Shown here one piece after another: positions 27,189-37,396 of a stretch of DNA of 64,000 nt. Every line of letters begins with the position of its first letter. The stretch's first letter is position 1. The notes beneath the pieces were generated by a model. It made no database searches. It was not told the DNA's origin and saw nothing but the letters and a program-made list of their open reading frames with translations. Source of the DNA: Acidimicrobiales bacterium (GTDB lineage Bacteria; Actinomycetota; Acidimicrobiia; Acidimicrobiales; SZUA-35); contig JBKECK010000054.1 of the NCBI GenBank assembly GCA_047974625.1, forward strand, positions 148,687 through 212,686. The letters are read 5' to 3'. Both the position numbers and the translations under genes were made by a program.

Positions 27189-28013
27189 TCAGGCGAGCAG
27201 GATGCGGGTCCCGAACACGACCACGGCGGCCTCGTCGGGCAGGTCGGGCTCGGGCCGGACCACCGGGAGCCGGCCCAGGGCCGAGGCGGCCTCGGCGGCA
27301 TCGTCGGCCCGCAGCACCAAGGCGTAGACCCCCGGCCCCCGCTCGGTCAGCTGGCGGGCCACCGACCGGGCCACCGGACCGTCGTCGTCGATCGGGGTGA
27401 CGAGCTCGATCTCGCCTCCGGTGGGCGGACGGCACCGGGCCACCACCAGGCCACGATCCCGGTCCTTCTCCGGCTCGTCGACGGTGAGTCCGAGGCCGAA
27501 CCGGTAGACGTCGGCGGCAGCGACAACGTCCCGAGTGGCCACCATCACGGTGACGATGCCGCCGAGCCCCGGCGACCCGCTGGCCCGGTCGCCGTCGGCC
27601 ACGAACGACCCGTCGGGGTAGACCCGCATCAGGACGCCGTGGGTCGAGCGGGGGTGGATGTCCCGGCCCCCCGCCCCCGCCATCAAAGGCAGGACGTCAA
27701 CGCCCCGGGCACCCAGCTCGTTCGCCTCCACGTTCGGGTCCGGGGCTTCCAGCATGATGGCATAGGGACCCACCCCTCGCCGGTCGAGGAAACGTTGCAG
27801 GGCCTGGCTGAGGGGCTTGTCTGGATCGGCCGGGGCCATCAGCTCGATATTGCTGCCCCCGGCGGGCACACACATGCCTACGTGGGCGCCGAGCTCGGGC
27901 ACCGTCTGGTCTGAGAGGTCACGCACCGGCAGTCCGAAACCCGTACGAAACACCTCCACCGCCTCCCGGTAGTCGTTGACGGCAATGGCGACGCGGGGCA
28001 TTCCGCTGATCAT
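27189..28013 (-). CDS. VOC (glyoxalase/bleomycin-resistance/dioxygenase) family protein, two-domain
   Basis: Two tandem VOC-like modules. The ATG overlaps the ferredoxin stop (ATGA). Last gene of the dioxygenase operon. Confidence 0.7.
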   Translation of the reverse strand: MISGMPRVAIAVNDYREAVEVFRTGFGLPVRDLSDQTVPELGAHVGMCVPAGGSNIELMAPADPDKPLSQALQRFLDRRGVGPYAIMLEAPDPNVEANELGARGVDVLPLMAGAGGRDIHPRSTHGVLMRVYPDGSFVADGDRASGSPGLGGIVTVMVATRDVVAAADVYRFGLGLTVDEPEKDRDRGLVVARCRPPTGGEIELVTPIDDDGPVARSVARQLTERGPGVYALVLRADDAAEAASALGRLPVVRPEPDLPDEAAVVVFGTRILLA

Positions 28014-28318
28014 CGATCCCCTCCCGGTGGACGGGCCCGGACGACCAGGTCGCCGAGCGGTAGCAGGCGGCAGGCCAGGGCGTAGCCGGCTGCCCTCTGT
28101 TGTTCGTTCACGTGACGTCTACTCATCTTCCTGGTCTCGAAGGCTCCGTCCAGGATCTGCACCCGACACGCCCCGCAGCCCCCGCCGCGGCACCCGACGT
28201 CGATCGGCGCCCCGGATCGGCCGACCAGGGGGGTCAGCACCGGTCGGCCGCGGGTCACGAGGAACACCACGTCTCCTCCCCCCTCGACCACCACGGTGCA
28301 GGTGTAGCGTTCGGCCAC
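28010..28318 (-). CDS. plant-type [2Fe-2S] ferredoxin, XylT-like
   Basis: CRGGGCGAC (C-x4-C-x2-C) plus a distal Cys (LACR). About 100 aa and immediately downstream of an extradiol dioxygenase, as for XylT/DmpQ reactivating ferredoxins. Confidence 0.75.
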   Translation of the reverse strand: MAERYTCTVVVEGGGDVVFLVTRGRPVLTPLVGRSGAPIDVGCRGGGCGACRVQILDGAFETRKMSRRHVNEQQRAAGYALACRLLPLGDLVVRARPPGGDR

Positions 28319-28338
28319 GGCTGCGGGACTCGGCGGGT

Positions 28339-29274
28339 TCAGGTGACGATGGTCAGGAACGTATCGTGTAGGACCCGCTTCGACACGTCGAGCCCACCCC
28401 CCTCACCGAGACCGTCCCAGCTCCAGGCCACCGGATCCCAGTCCGGATAGGCGGACGCTCCCCCCTGGAAGGTCTCGAACCGGTTGCCGGACGGATCCCA
28501 CGCGTAGATAGTGCCACCGCGTGTGATGCCGTGCTGGGTGGGGCCGATGTCGACGGGGATGTCGTAGGCGGCCATGATGTCGGCCGCCCGCAACACCTTC
28601 TCCCACGAATCGAGCAGGAAGGCGGCGTGGTGGAACTTGTCCGGCTCCGGGTGGCCCACGAAGGCGATGTCGTGGGCCTTGTCCGAGCAGGACAGCCACA
28701 GAGCCCCCTTCTCATCACTGTCGGGCAGGGTCACGAACTCGGCGAGGTGGAATCCGAGCACGGTGGTGAAGAGATCGAGCACCCCGGCCATGTCGGGGCC
28801 GTACAACAGGGCGTGGTCGAAACGGATCGGGGCGATTCCCCGGTCCAGCTCTGGACACCACGGCTTGGGATTGCGGTTGCCGAGCGAGTTGCCGACGATG
28901 GTCTTGGTGGCGAAGAGCTCGATGGTGTGGCCGGACGGGATCACGAACCGCACCCGTTCCCCGGTCTCCAGAAGGTCGCCGGCCGGCCGTCGCTCGGTGG
29001 TGATGCCGTAGTCACGCACGGCCTTCTCCAGCTGGTCCAGGGTGGCCTCGTTGAGGACCTTGAAACCGAGGAAGTCCATGCCGGCCTCGTCGGCCTCCCG
29101 CAGGATGACGCTGTGGTGATCGTGTTCGTCCCACGCCTTGAGGTACACCCGACCCCGGTCGTCCCGGCCGGTCTCCTGGAGACCGAGCACGTCGCGGTAA
29201 TGGTGCACGCCTTCGTCCAGGTCGAGCATCCTGAGCTGGATGTGACCGGGTCTGGTCACGCCGGTGAGAGCCAT
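28339..29274 (-). CDS. catechol 2,3-dioxygenase (type I extradiol dioxygenase)
   Basis: 311 aa, two-domain VOC fold, with the conserved HxxL...H...E metal ligand context (FDHALLYGP, HDIAFV, HHAAF, GNRFETF). Confidence 0.9.
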   Translation of the reverse strand: MALTGVTRPGHIQLRMLDLDEGVHHYRDVLGLQETGRDDRGRVYLKAWDEHDHHSVILREADEAGMDFLGFKVLNEATLDQLEKAVRDYGITTERRPAGDLLETGERVRFVIPSGHTIELFATKTIVGNSLGNRNPKPWCPELDRGIAPIRFDHALLYGPDMAGVLDLFTTVLGFHLAEFVTLPDSDEKGALWLSCSDKAHDIAFVGHPEPDKFHHAAFLLDSWEKVLRAADIMAAYDIPVDIGPTQHGITRGGTIYAWDPSGNRFETFQGGASAYPDWDPVAWSWDGLGEGGGLDVSKRVLHDTFLTIVT

Positions 29275-29287
29275 GTGAACACCTCAT

Positions 29288-29323
29288 TGTCGGATCTGTC
29301 GGATCTGTCGGATCTGTCGGATC
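29288..29323. repeat. 9-bp tandem repeat x4 (minus-strand GATCCGACA) abutting the dioxygenase ribosome-binding site
   Basis: TGTCGGATC was read four times. It ends 14 nt upstream of the C23O ATG. Each unit contains GATC. Confidence 0.9.
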
Positions 29324-29406
29324 TGCTGGACTGGTCGGGTGGGGCCTGCCCCTCATCCTGTGTGGCACCGGACACAGAGTCCAATACCGATCCCGCGGTC
29401 GCTGTG

Positions 29407-29421
29407 ATACCGATCAGGTAT
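29407..29421. promoter_or_regulatory. LysR-type recognition site ATAC-N7-GTAT (T-N11-A)
   Basis: ATACCGATCAGGTAT lies in the divergent C23O/LysR intergenic region, about 45 bp upstream of the LysR start. Confidence 0.6.
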
Positions 29422-29465
29422 CGAAATGCGGTGTGGGGTTCCGCCGTGGGTAAGACTGCGGTGCC

Positions 29466-30356
29466 GTGGAGCTTCGCCAACTCCGCTACTTCGTCGCCGT
29501 GGCCGAGGAGCGGAACATCGGTAGGGCCGCCGAACGGCTGTTCATGACCCAGCCCCCGTTGAGCCGGCAGATCCGCCGGCTCGAGGAGGAGTTGGGCACC
29601 GACCTGTTCATCCGGGTCCCCCGGGGCATGGAACTGACCGACGCCGGCCGGGCGCTGGTGGCCGACGCCCGCAAGGTACTGGAGCTCACCGACCAGGCCG
29701 GGGTGCGGGCCCGACTGGCCGGGGAGGGCACGATCGGCCGGGTGGACATCGCCCTGTTCGGCACCGGCATCTTCGGGGTCATTCCCCGCCTGCTGCGGGC
29801 CTACCGGGTCGACCACCCAGAAGTGGAGATCGTGCTCCACAACATGACCAAGGACCAGCAGCTTGACGCCCTGATCCAGCGCCACATCGACCTGGCCTTC
29901 AACCGGCTGGTGCCCCCCACCCCGGGGTTGACCGCCGAGGTGCTGTTGACCGAACCCCTCTACGTGGCCGCCCCCAGTGCCCATCCCCTGACCGCCCGTA
30001 CCGCGATCACCCTGACCGATCTGGAGCGCCAGCCACTGGTCCTGTTCCCCACCGGCCTGCGGCCTAGCTTCATCGACCGGGTCCACGACCTGTGCCGGGG
30101 GGCAGGCTTCACGCCGGTGGTGGCGGCCGAGGTGCACGACGTGGTGCACGGTATCGCCCTGATCGCCATCGGTGAGGGGTTCGCCCTGGTCCCCGAATCA
30201 GCCACCAACCTCCACGTGCCCGGGGTGACCTACCGGCCCCTGCACGAAACCCCCCGCCCGACCGTGGAGCTGTGCGCCATCCACCGCGACGATGACCAAT
30301 CGTCGGTCCTCCGGTCCCTACTGGCCTCGATGCGGGCCGGCCGGGGCCTCCGCTGA
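29466..30356 (+). CDS. LysR-family transcriptional regulator
   Basis: N-terminal HTH MELRQLRYFVAVAEERNIGRAAERLFMTQPPLSRQIRRLEEELG. Divergent from the dioxygenase operon. Confidence 0.9.
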   Translation: MELRQLRYFVAVAEERNIGRAAERLFMTQPPLSRQIRRLEEELGTDLFIRVPRGMELTDAGRALVADARKVLELTDQAGVRARLAGEGTIGRVDIALFGTGIFGVIPRLLRAYRVDHPEVEIVLHNMTKDQQLDALIQRHIDLAFNRLVPPTPGLTAEVLLTEPLYVAAPSAHPLTARTAITLTDLERQPLVLFPTGLRPSFIDRVHDLCRGAGFTPVVAAEVHDVVHGIALIAIGEGFALVPESATNLHVPGVTYRPLHETPRPTVELCAIHRDDDQSSVLRSLLASMRAGRGLR

Positions 30357-30404
30357 CCGGTTCCCCCACCCCGGCTCCGGCACGCCGCCGGCGGCGGGCG
30401 GGGA

Positions 30405-31295
30405 TCAGTCGGGCCCGATGGCGTGGGTGGTGTGGCTGACGACGGCGTCCACGATGATCGGCCACAACGGGCGGGGCAAGTCGTGGCCCATGTCGTGCAG
30501 CAGCAGGAGGTTGGCCCCGGGCACGAGCTCTGCGGTGCGTTCCCCACCCGACGGCAGGATCAGCCGGTCGTCGCGTCCGTGGAGCACCAGGGTGGGCACC
30601 GCCAGCTTCCGGAGGGCGTCGGCCCGGCCGCCCGAGGCCCGGATGGCCGCCCGCTGCCGGTCCAGGCCCTCGGGATAGAACATGCGGTCGTAGGACTCCG
30701 CGATCTGGCGAGCCTCGGCCTCGGCGTCGAAGTAGCGTCGGCCGCAGCTGAGGCGTCGACCGGCCACCCCGGCGGCGATGAACTCGTCACGACCGGTCGG
30801 TCGAGGGGCCACCAGAGCCGCCATCGCCTCGGGGGCCGATTCGAAGTAGTCCGGCTCCCCGGTGGTCGACATGATCGACGTGAGGGTCAGGATCCGCTCG
30901 GGGAAGTCGATCGCGGCTTGCTGCACGATCATGCCCCCCATGGAGGAGCCTGCGATATGGGCCGCGGCCACGCCGAGATGGTCGAGCAGGCCGACGGCGT
31001 CCGCGGCGAAGGTGGCGAGGGTGTAGGGAACGGGGGGCAGCTCGGTGCCAGCCTCCACGGCCACGGTAACCGCCTCGACGTCCACCTCGACCCCGTCCAG
31101 GTGGGTCGACAGGCCGACGTCGCGGTTGTCGAAGCTGATCACATACCGGCCCCGGCTGGCCAGCTCCTCCCTGAAACCGGGGCGCCAGCCGTTGATCTGG
31201 CTGGAGTAGCCGTTGACCAGCAGCAGGGCCGGATCGGCGGGATCACCGTGGGTCTCGTAGTAGAGCTCGATGCCATTGGACGCAGCGATGGGCAT
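30405..31295 (-). CDS. alpha/beta hydrolase (possible meta-cleavage-product hydrolase)
   Basis: Internal start MPIAASNGIELYYETHGDP..., nucleophile elbow GSSMGG and a C-terminal HDMGHD His. The track ORF start at 31442 is over-extended. Confidence 0.75.
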   Translation of the reverse strand: MPIAASNGIELYYETHGDPADPALLLVNGYSSQINGWRPGFREELASRGRYVISFDNRDVGLSTHLDGVEVDVEAVTVAVEAGTELPPVPYTLATFAADAVGLLDHLGVAAAHIAGSSMGGMIVQQAAIDFPERILTLTSIMSTTGEPDYFESAPEAMAALVAPRPTGRDEFIAAGVAGRRLSCGRRYFDAEAEARQIAESYDRMFYPEGLDRQRAAIRASGGRADALRKLAVPTLVLHGRDDRLILPSGGERTAELVPGANLLLLHDMGHDLPRPLWPIIVDAVVSHTTHAIGPD

Positions 31296-31669
31296 GGCCG
31301 GACCTCCTCGGGTTCCGACGGAGCTTCGCCCAGCCGCCCGCCGCTCCGCAACCGGGCCCGCCCGCCCACCGATCACTGGAACTGGCCGACCCGCCCTGAT
31401 CACACCGGATCCCGGTTCAGTCAAATGAGACGCAACTACCAAATTTAGCCCGGAATATGCTCCGAGAAATCAACTACTCAAGGCTCACTTGAGCGGACTA
31501 AAACCGGGGTAAAAGAACCCTGAATCCGATGAACAATCGGGCCACGCACCTTGGTCAGATGCCGCGGGAGCTATCACATCCACGCATCATCTATCCGTTG
31601 GTCATTGTTGTTGGCAATAGGGTTCAGATCTCATTGAATTCTCCCCCAGGTTCACCTAATTTGACGAAT

Positions 31670-31770
31670 GGACCGTAACTGGCGTTAGCGTGGAGCACCA
31701 CGAGGAAGCGGTTCCGCTGGCCACCACAACAGTGGTCGTGCGTACACGTATGCCGTTCGCCTGGGCGCTC
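31670..31770 (+). promoter_or_regulatory. ZTP (pfl-motif) riboswitch
   Basis: 5' subdomain: GGACCG-UAACUGGCG-...GUGG-AGCA-CCAC-GAGGAAGC-GGUUCC (P1/P2). 3' subdomain: a small hairpin GCGUA-CACG-UAUGC followed by CGUUCGCCUGGGCG. It lies upstream of folD, a classical ZTP-regulated gene. Confidence 0.75.
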
Positions 31771-31793
31771 TCGTCAGACCCTGGAGGCGCCGC

Positions 31794-32678
31794 GTGACCA
31801 CCTGCTCTCGTAGTGAACGGTTGATGTACGGTACGTCTGTCGCCCATGTCCTCTACGAACGGACACGCCGGCGGGCCACCGATTTCACCGGCGATTTCGG
31901 CCGTCCGCCGTGCCTCGCCGCCCTCCTCGTGGGCACCGATCCGGCGTCCCGCTCCATCGTTCAGCTGAAGCAGAACCGGTGCCGGCAGGTGGGGATCGAC
32001 GCCCGGATCGTCGAGCTGCCCGCCTCGACCACCACCGACGAACTGGTCGTCGCCATCCGTGAGCTGTCCGATGACGGCAGCGTCGACGGGATTGTGCTCC
32101 AGGAGCCGATGCCGAGCACCATCGACCACCGGGCCGCCTTCGAGGCCATCAGCCCGACCAAGGACGTCGACGGGGTGACCCTGGCCTCGTTCGCGGCCGC
32201 CGCCTACGACCAACCGTCGTTCCGGTCATGCACCCCGGCCGCGGTCATGACCCTGCTCAACACCTACGAGGTGCCCCTGGTCGGGGCCCACGCGGTGATC
32301 GTGGGCGCCGGCCCGGCGTTGGGCCGGCCCCTCAGCATGATGCTGCTCGCGGCCGGGGCCACCGTCACCTGCCGTGACACCCGGGCCCGTGAGATCGCCG
32401 AGGTCGTGAACACCGCTGACGTGGTGATCACCGGCACCGGCGTGCCCGGCTCCATCCCCGGGGCCTGGATCCGGCCCGGGGCCGTGGTGGTCGAGGCCGG
32501 TCCAGGCCACGGAGGCCGGGGCGACGTCGAGTTCGACACCGCCGTCGAACGGGCCTCTCTGATCACCCCGGCCACCGGCGGCGTCGGGCCCCTGGCCGTC
32601 GCCCTGCTGCTGGCCCAGACCATGGATGCCGCCCTACCCGCCGAGGACATCGCCCTCTCTGACAAGCTGACGGCCTGA
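31794..32678 (+). CDS. folD: bifunctional methylene-THF dehydrogenase/methenyl-THF cyclohydrolase FolD (divergent paralogue)
   Basis: FolD architecture: LVGTDPAS..., KDVDG, the CTP motif, a Rossmann GAGPALGRP and a C-terminal TPATGGVGP. The GTG at 31794 is preceded by GGAGG at a 6-nt spacing. Confidence 0.8.
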   Translation: MTTCSRSERLMYGTSVAHVLYERTRRRATDFTGDFGRPPCLAALLVGTDPASRSIVQLKQNRCRQVGIDARIVELPASTTTDELVVAIRELSDDGSVDGIVLQEPMPSTIDHRAAFEAISPTKDVDGVTLASFAAAAYDQPSFRSCTPAAVMTLLNTYEVPLVGAHAVIVGAGPALGRPLSMMLLAAGATVTCRDTRAREIAEVVNTADVVITGTGVPGSIPGAWIRPGAVVVEAGPGHGGRGDVEFDTAVERASLITPATGGVGPLAVALLLAQTMDAALPAEDIALSDKLTA

Positions 32679-32707
32679 GCCCGGTCCTGATCCTGGCGCC
32701 GGCCGGT

Positions 32708-34339
<1,632 letters not shown>

Positions 34340-34487
34340 CGCCGGCCAGTGTGGCAGGCGCCACCCACGGAGACCAGCGGGGCTCCGACCCGGCCCCCCC
34401 ACCGGTGGCGAACTACCCTGGGGCCCAGGGACGGCGGCGAGCGGAGCAGCGATGGTCGGGGCACCGGACGGCTGGGAACGCAACCGA

Positions 34488-35237
34488 ATGGACATCACCA
34501 CCACCGCGGGCGGGATCGCCCAGATGATGCGGGGGGTGTGGTCGGCCGACATCCCCGTGCCAGGTTTGGCCTGGTCGGTGGGGCAGGTCGGCGCCCACCT
34601 GGTGACCCTGCCCCGCCGCTACCGGCGGGTCATGCGTGACCCGGAGCCGTTCCCGTCCGACCTCAGCGCCCTCAACACCACGGAGCTGGCCACGGTGGGC
34701 CAGCACGACCCCGAGGACCTCGCCGACCTCCTGGAAGCCGAGGTCGACGAACTCCTGGCCGACCTAGGTGACGACGGCGCCCGGACGGTGCCGTTCTTCT
34801 CGATGGAGCACTCGGTCGCCGGGGTGGGCGGCGTCCTGCTCAGCGAGCTCCTGGTCCACGGATGGGACCTGGCCCGGGTGGAGCGAATCCCGTGGCCGAT
34901 CACCGCCGACCAGGCCCGGTCCGGGCTGCGCGGCCTCCTGCCCACCGTGCCCCACCAGATCGGTCCGGCCACGGCGGCGGGAACCCGCGGCACGCTCCAC
35001 CTCCGGCTCCGTCCCGACGAGGACTGGACGATCGAGATGGGCGATGGCTCGGTGTCGGTGGAGTCCGGCCGGCCCGGCCAGGCCGATGTCCACGTCTCGA
35101 CCGACCCGGCTACCTTCCTCCTCGTCGCCTACGGTCGCGTCAGCCGTCGACGGGCCCGGTTCCGGGCCGGTCTTGTCGGCTACGGCAGAAAGCCCTGGCT
35201 GTCGGGTCCGTTGACGAACCTACTGACCGCCGCCTGA
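34488..35237 (+). CDS. mycothiol-dependent maleylpyruvate-isomerase-family (DinB-like) protein with SCP2-like C-terminus
   Basis: DinB/MDMPI-like N-terminus (VGQVGAHLV...) with an SCP2-type tail. The internal ATG (MDITT) was chosen. Confidence 0.55.
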   Translation: MDITTTAGGIAQMMRGVWSADIPVPGLAWSVGQVGAHLVTLPRRYRRVMRDPEPFPSDLSALNTTELATVGQHDPEDLADLLEAEVDELLADLGDDGARTVPFFSMEHSVAGVGGVLLSELLVHGWDLARVERIPWPITADQARSGLRGLLPTVPHQIGPATAAGTRGTLHLRLRPDEDWTIEMGDGSVSVESGRPGQADVHVSTDPATFLLVAYGRVSRRRARFRAGLVGYGRKPWLSGPLTNLLTAA

Positions 35238-35249
35238 GGAGCCGGCCCC

Positions 35250-36242
35250 ATGACCAGCGATACCGGACCCGTCGACGGCTGGCCCGAGCTGCCCAGCGAC
35301 CGTTGGGCCGACACAATCGAGACCCTCCACCTGTGGACCCAGGTCATCGGCAAGATCCGCCTGGCCCACGGCCCGTGGCTGAACCACTCCTGGGGCGTGC
35401 CGCTCTACGTCTCCACCCGGGGTCTGCGGACCTCGATGATCCCGTTCGGCCTCGAGGCGGTCGAACTCGAACTGGACCTCCTGGACCACCGGCTCACGGT
35501 TCACACGACCACCGGGCAACAGCGGTCGCGGTCCCTCCGGAGCGGGGCGGTGGCCGACTTCCACCGTTGGGTCCTCGACAGTATGACCGAGCTGGGCATG
35601 CCGGTGACCATCAGCCCGATGCCGAGCGAGATACCCGACGCCATTCCGTTCGACCAGGACACCGGGGCCCGGGTCTACGATCCGGATCACGCTACCGCCC
35701 TGTGGCGGGGCCTGGTCCAGGCCGACCGGCTCCTCACCCGGTTCCGGGCCGGTTTCACCGGCAAGGCCAGCCCGGTCCACTTCTTCTGGGGCAGCTTCGA
35801 CCTGGCCACCACCCGGTTCTCGGGTCGGTCGGCCCCGCCCCACCCCGGCGGTGTCCCGAATCTCCCCGACGACGTCGCCCGGGAGGCCTACTCTCAGGAG
35901 GTGACGAGCGCCGGCTTCTGGCCCGGCAACCGTCAGAATCCCGAACCGATCTTCTACGCCTACGCCTATCCGACCCCCGACGGGTTCGCCCAGGCCCCCA
36001 TCGAACCTGGAGCGGCCACCTGGCTCGACGACCTGGGCGAGTTCGCCCTCCCCTACTCGGCCGTGGCGGCCGGCCCCGATCCCGACGGAGCCGTCCTGTC
36101 GTTCCTGTCTTCGACCCACGCCGCCGCCGCCGATCGGGCCGGATGGGCGCGCCACGACCTGGAGACCGCCGACCCGCACGGCCCGGACTGGTGGCGCACC
36201 CGGCCGCAGCGAACCGACCGGCCTGCTCAGCCGAGCGGGTGA
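35250..36242 (+). CDS. DUF5996-family protein
   Basis: The N-terminus WPELPSDRWADTIETLHLWTQVIGKIRLAHGPWLNHSWGVPLYVSTRGL matches my memory of the conserved DUF5996 N-terminus. Confidence 0.65.
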   Translation: MTSDTGPVDGWPELPSDRWADTIETLHLWTQVIGKIRLAHGPWLNHSWGVPLYVSTRGLRTSMIPFGLEAVELELDLLDHRLTVHTTTGQQRSRSLRSGAVADFHRWVLDSMTELGMPVTISPMPSEIPDAIPFDQDTGARVYDPDHATALWRGLVQADRLLTRFRAGFTGKASPVHFFWGSFDLATTRFSGRSAPPHPGGVPNLPDDVAREAYSQEVTSAGFWPGNRQNPEPIFYAYAYPTPDGFAQAPIEPGAATWLDDLGEFALPYSAVAAGPDPDGAVLSFLSSTHAAAADRAGWARHDLETADPHGPDWWRTRPQRTDRPAQPSG

Positions 36243-37327
36243 CGGGAGAAGAACTCCCAGGACAGCTCGGTGGCGTTGATCTCGGTGTTGGTCCGGCCCA
36301 GCCCGGCCGGTTCGCTGATGGCGGCCGACGAGGCCGACCCGGGCCAGGTGTGGCCGCCGTCGGCGATCCGGTAGAACACCGCCTCGACTCCCTCGGGACA
36401 CGCCGGGTAGATGAAGGTCGTGACGTTCCCGGTCACGGCCTGCTCCACCGGCACCGGCCCGCAGCCGTCGCCGGTGGCGAACTCGGCGAACTCGTCGGGG
36501 ATCACCGCCTCGAACAGTTCGACCCGGACACCGGGGAACAGTGACGAGAACCCGCCACCGTCGTAGGGCACGATCTCGTCGAGCACCCCGTGGAACCCCA
36601 GGTAGGGAACCGGCCGCGACGGAAGGCAGTCGTCGGGGTGGGTCAACCCGGCCACGGAAGCCGCGGCGGCGATCCGGTCCGACATCTCGCACACCAGGCG
36701 GGAGCTGAAGTAGCCCCCGTTGGACATGCCCGTGGTGTAGACGCGGGCCTCGTCCACGCAGGTGGTGGCGATCACGTGGTCGAGGACGGCGGCGGCGAAG
36801 GCCAGGTCGTCCCGGGTCGGATCGTCGTCGTCGGTCAGCTCCCAGGAGTTCAGGGCCTGACCCGGCATCGGCACCCCGGTGGGGGCCACCACCAGGAAGC
36901 CTTCCCGATCGGCGAGGGCCGGATACTCCGAGAAGGCGAGCTGATCGGGTCCGTTCGAGCCAAGCCCGTGCCAGTTGAGCACCACCGGTGTCGGCACCGC
37001 CGGGTCGTACCCGGCCGGTACCACCAGTTCGTACACCCGGGTCCGATCCTCGAACTCGAGCGAAACCGTCGTCTGGCCGGGAGTGAGGGTGAGCCCGCAC
37101 CCCGACCCGTCCGGCGGGGTGACCGCCCCGGTCGTGGTCGTTCCGGCGGCGGTGGTCGTGGTCTCCGCCCCGGCGCCGGTCGTGGTCGTCCCGCCGTCGG
37201 TGGTGGTCGTCCCGGCCCCCGCGTCGGTCCGATCGGTCACCGAGTCGGTGCAGGCCGACACCACCAGCGCAGCGACCACCGCCACCACGAGGGCGGCCCC
37301 CCTGAGTCTCGCCTCTACGGTTCCCAT
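36227..37327 (-). CDS. secreted lipoprotein esterase, PHB-depolymerase/LpqC-like
   Basis: Lipobox LVVSAC, a T/G-rich linker with TTTTxGAG-like repeats, and the esterase elbow GMSNGG. Confidence 0.7.
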   Translation of the reverse strand: MGTVEARLRGAALVVAVVAALVVSACTDSVTDRTDAGAGTTTTDGGTTTTGAGAETTTTAAGTTTTGAVTPPDGSGCGLTLTPGQTTVSLEFEDRTRVYELVVPAGYDPAVPTPVVLNWHGLGSNGPDQLAFSEYPALADREGFLVVAPTGVPMPGQALNSWELTDDDDPTRDDLAFAAAVLDHVIATTCVDEARVYTTGMSNGGYFSSRLVCEMSDRIAAAASVAGLTHPDDCLPSRPVPYLGFHGVLDEIVPYDGGGFSSLFPGVRVELFEAVIPDEFAEFATGDGCGPVPVEQAVTGNVTTFIYPACPEGVEAVFYRIADGGHTWPGSASSAAISEPAGLGRTNTEINATELSWEFFSRHPLG

Positions 37328-37396
37328 GGGGTGTCACCCTACCAACGGTGTCCCCCGGACGCCGGAGTCACCGGGGTGGCCTGGCAGGCTGTCCCG

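Noticed and set aside
31529-31678. A 49-codon ATG ORF (MNNRATHLGQMPRELSHPRIIYPLVIVVGNRVQISLNSPPGSPNLTNGP) inside the AT-rich tract.
   Set aside because: Its codon usage is dominated by A/T-ending codons, which is atypical for this genome. It has no Shine-Dalgarno sequence and it runs into the riboswitch P1 stem. It is most likely noncoding.
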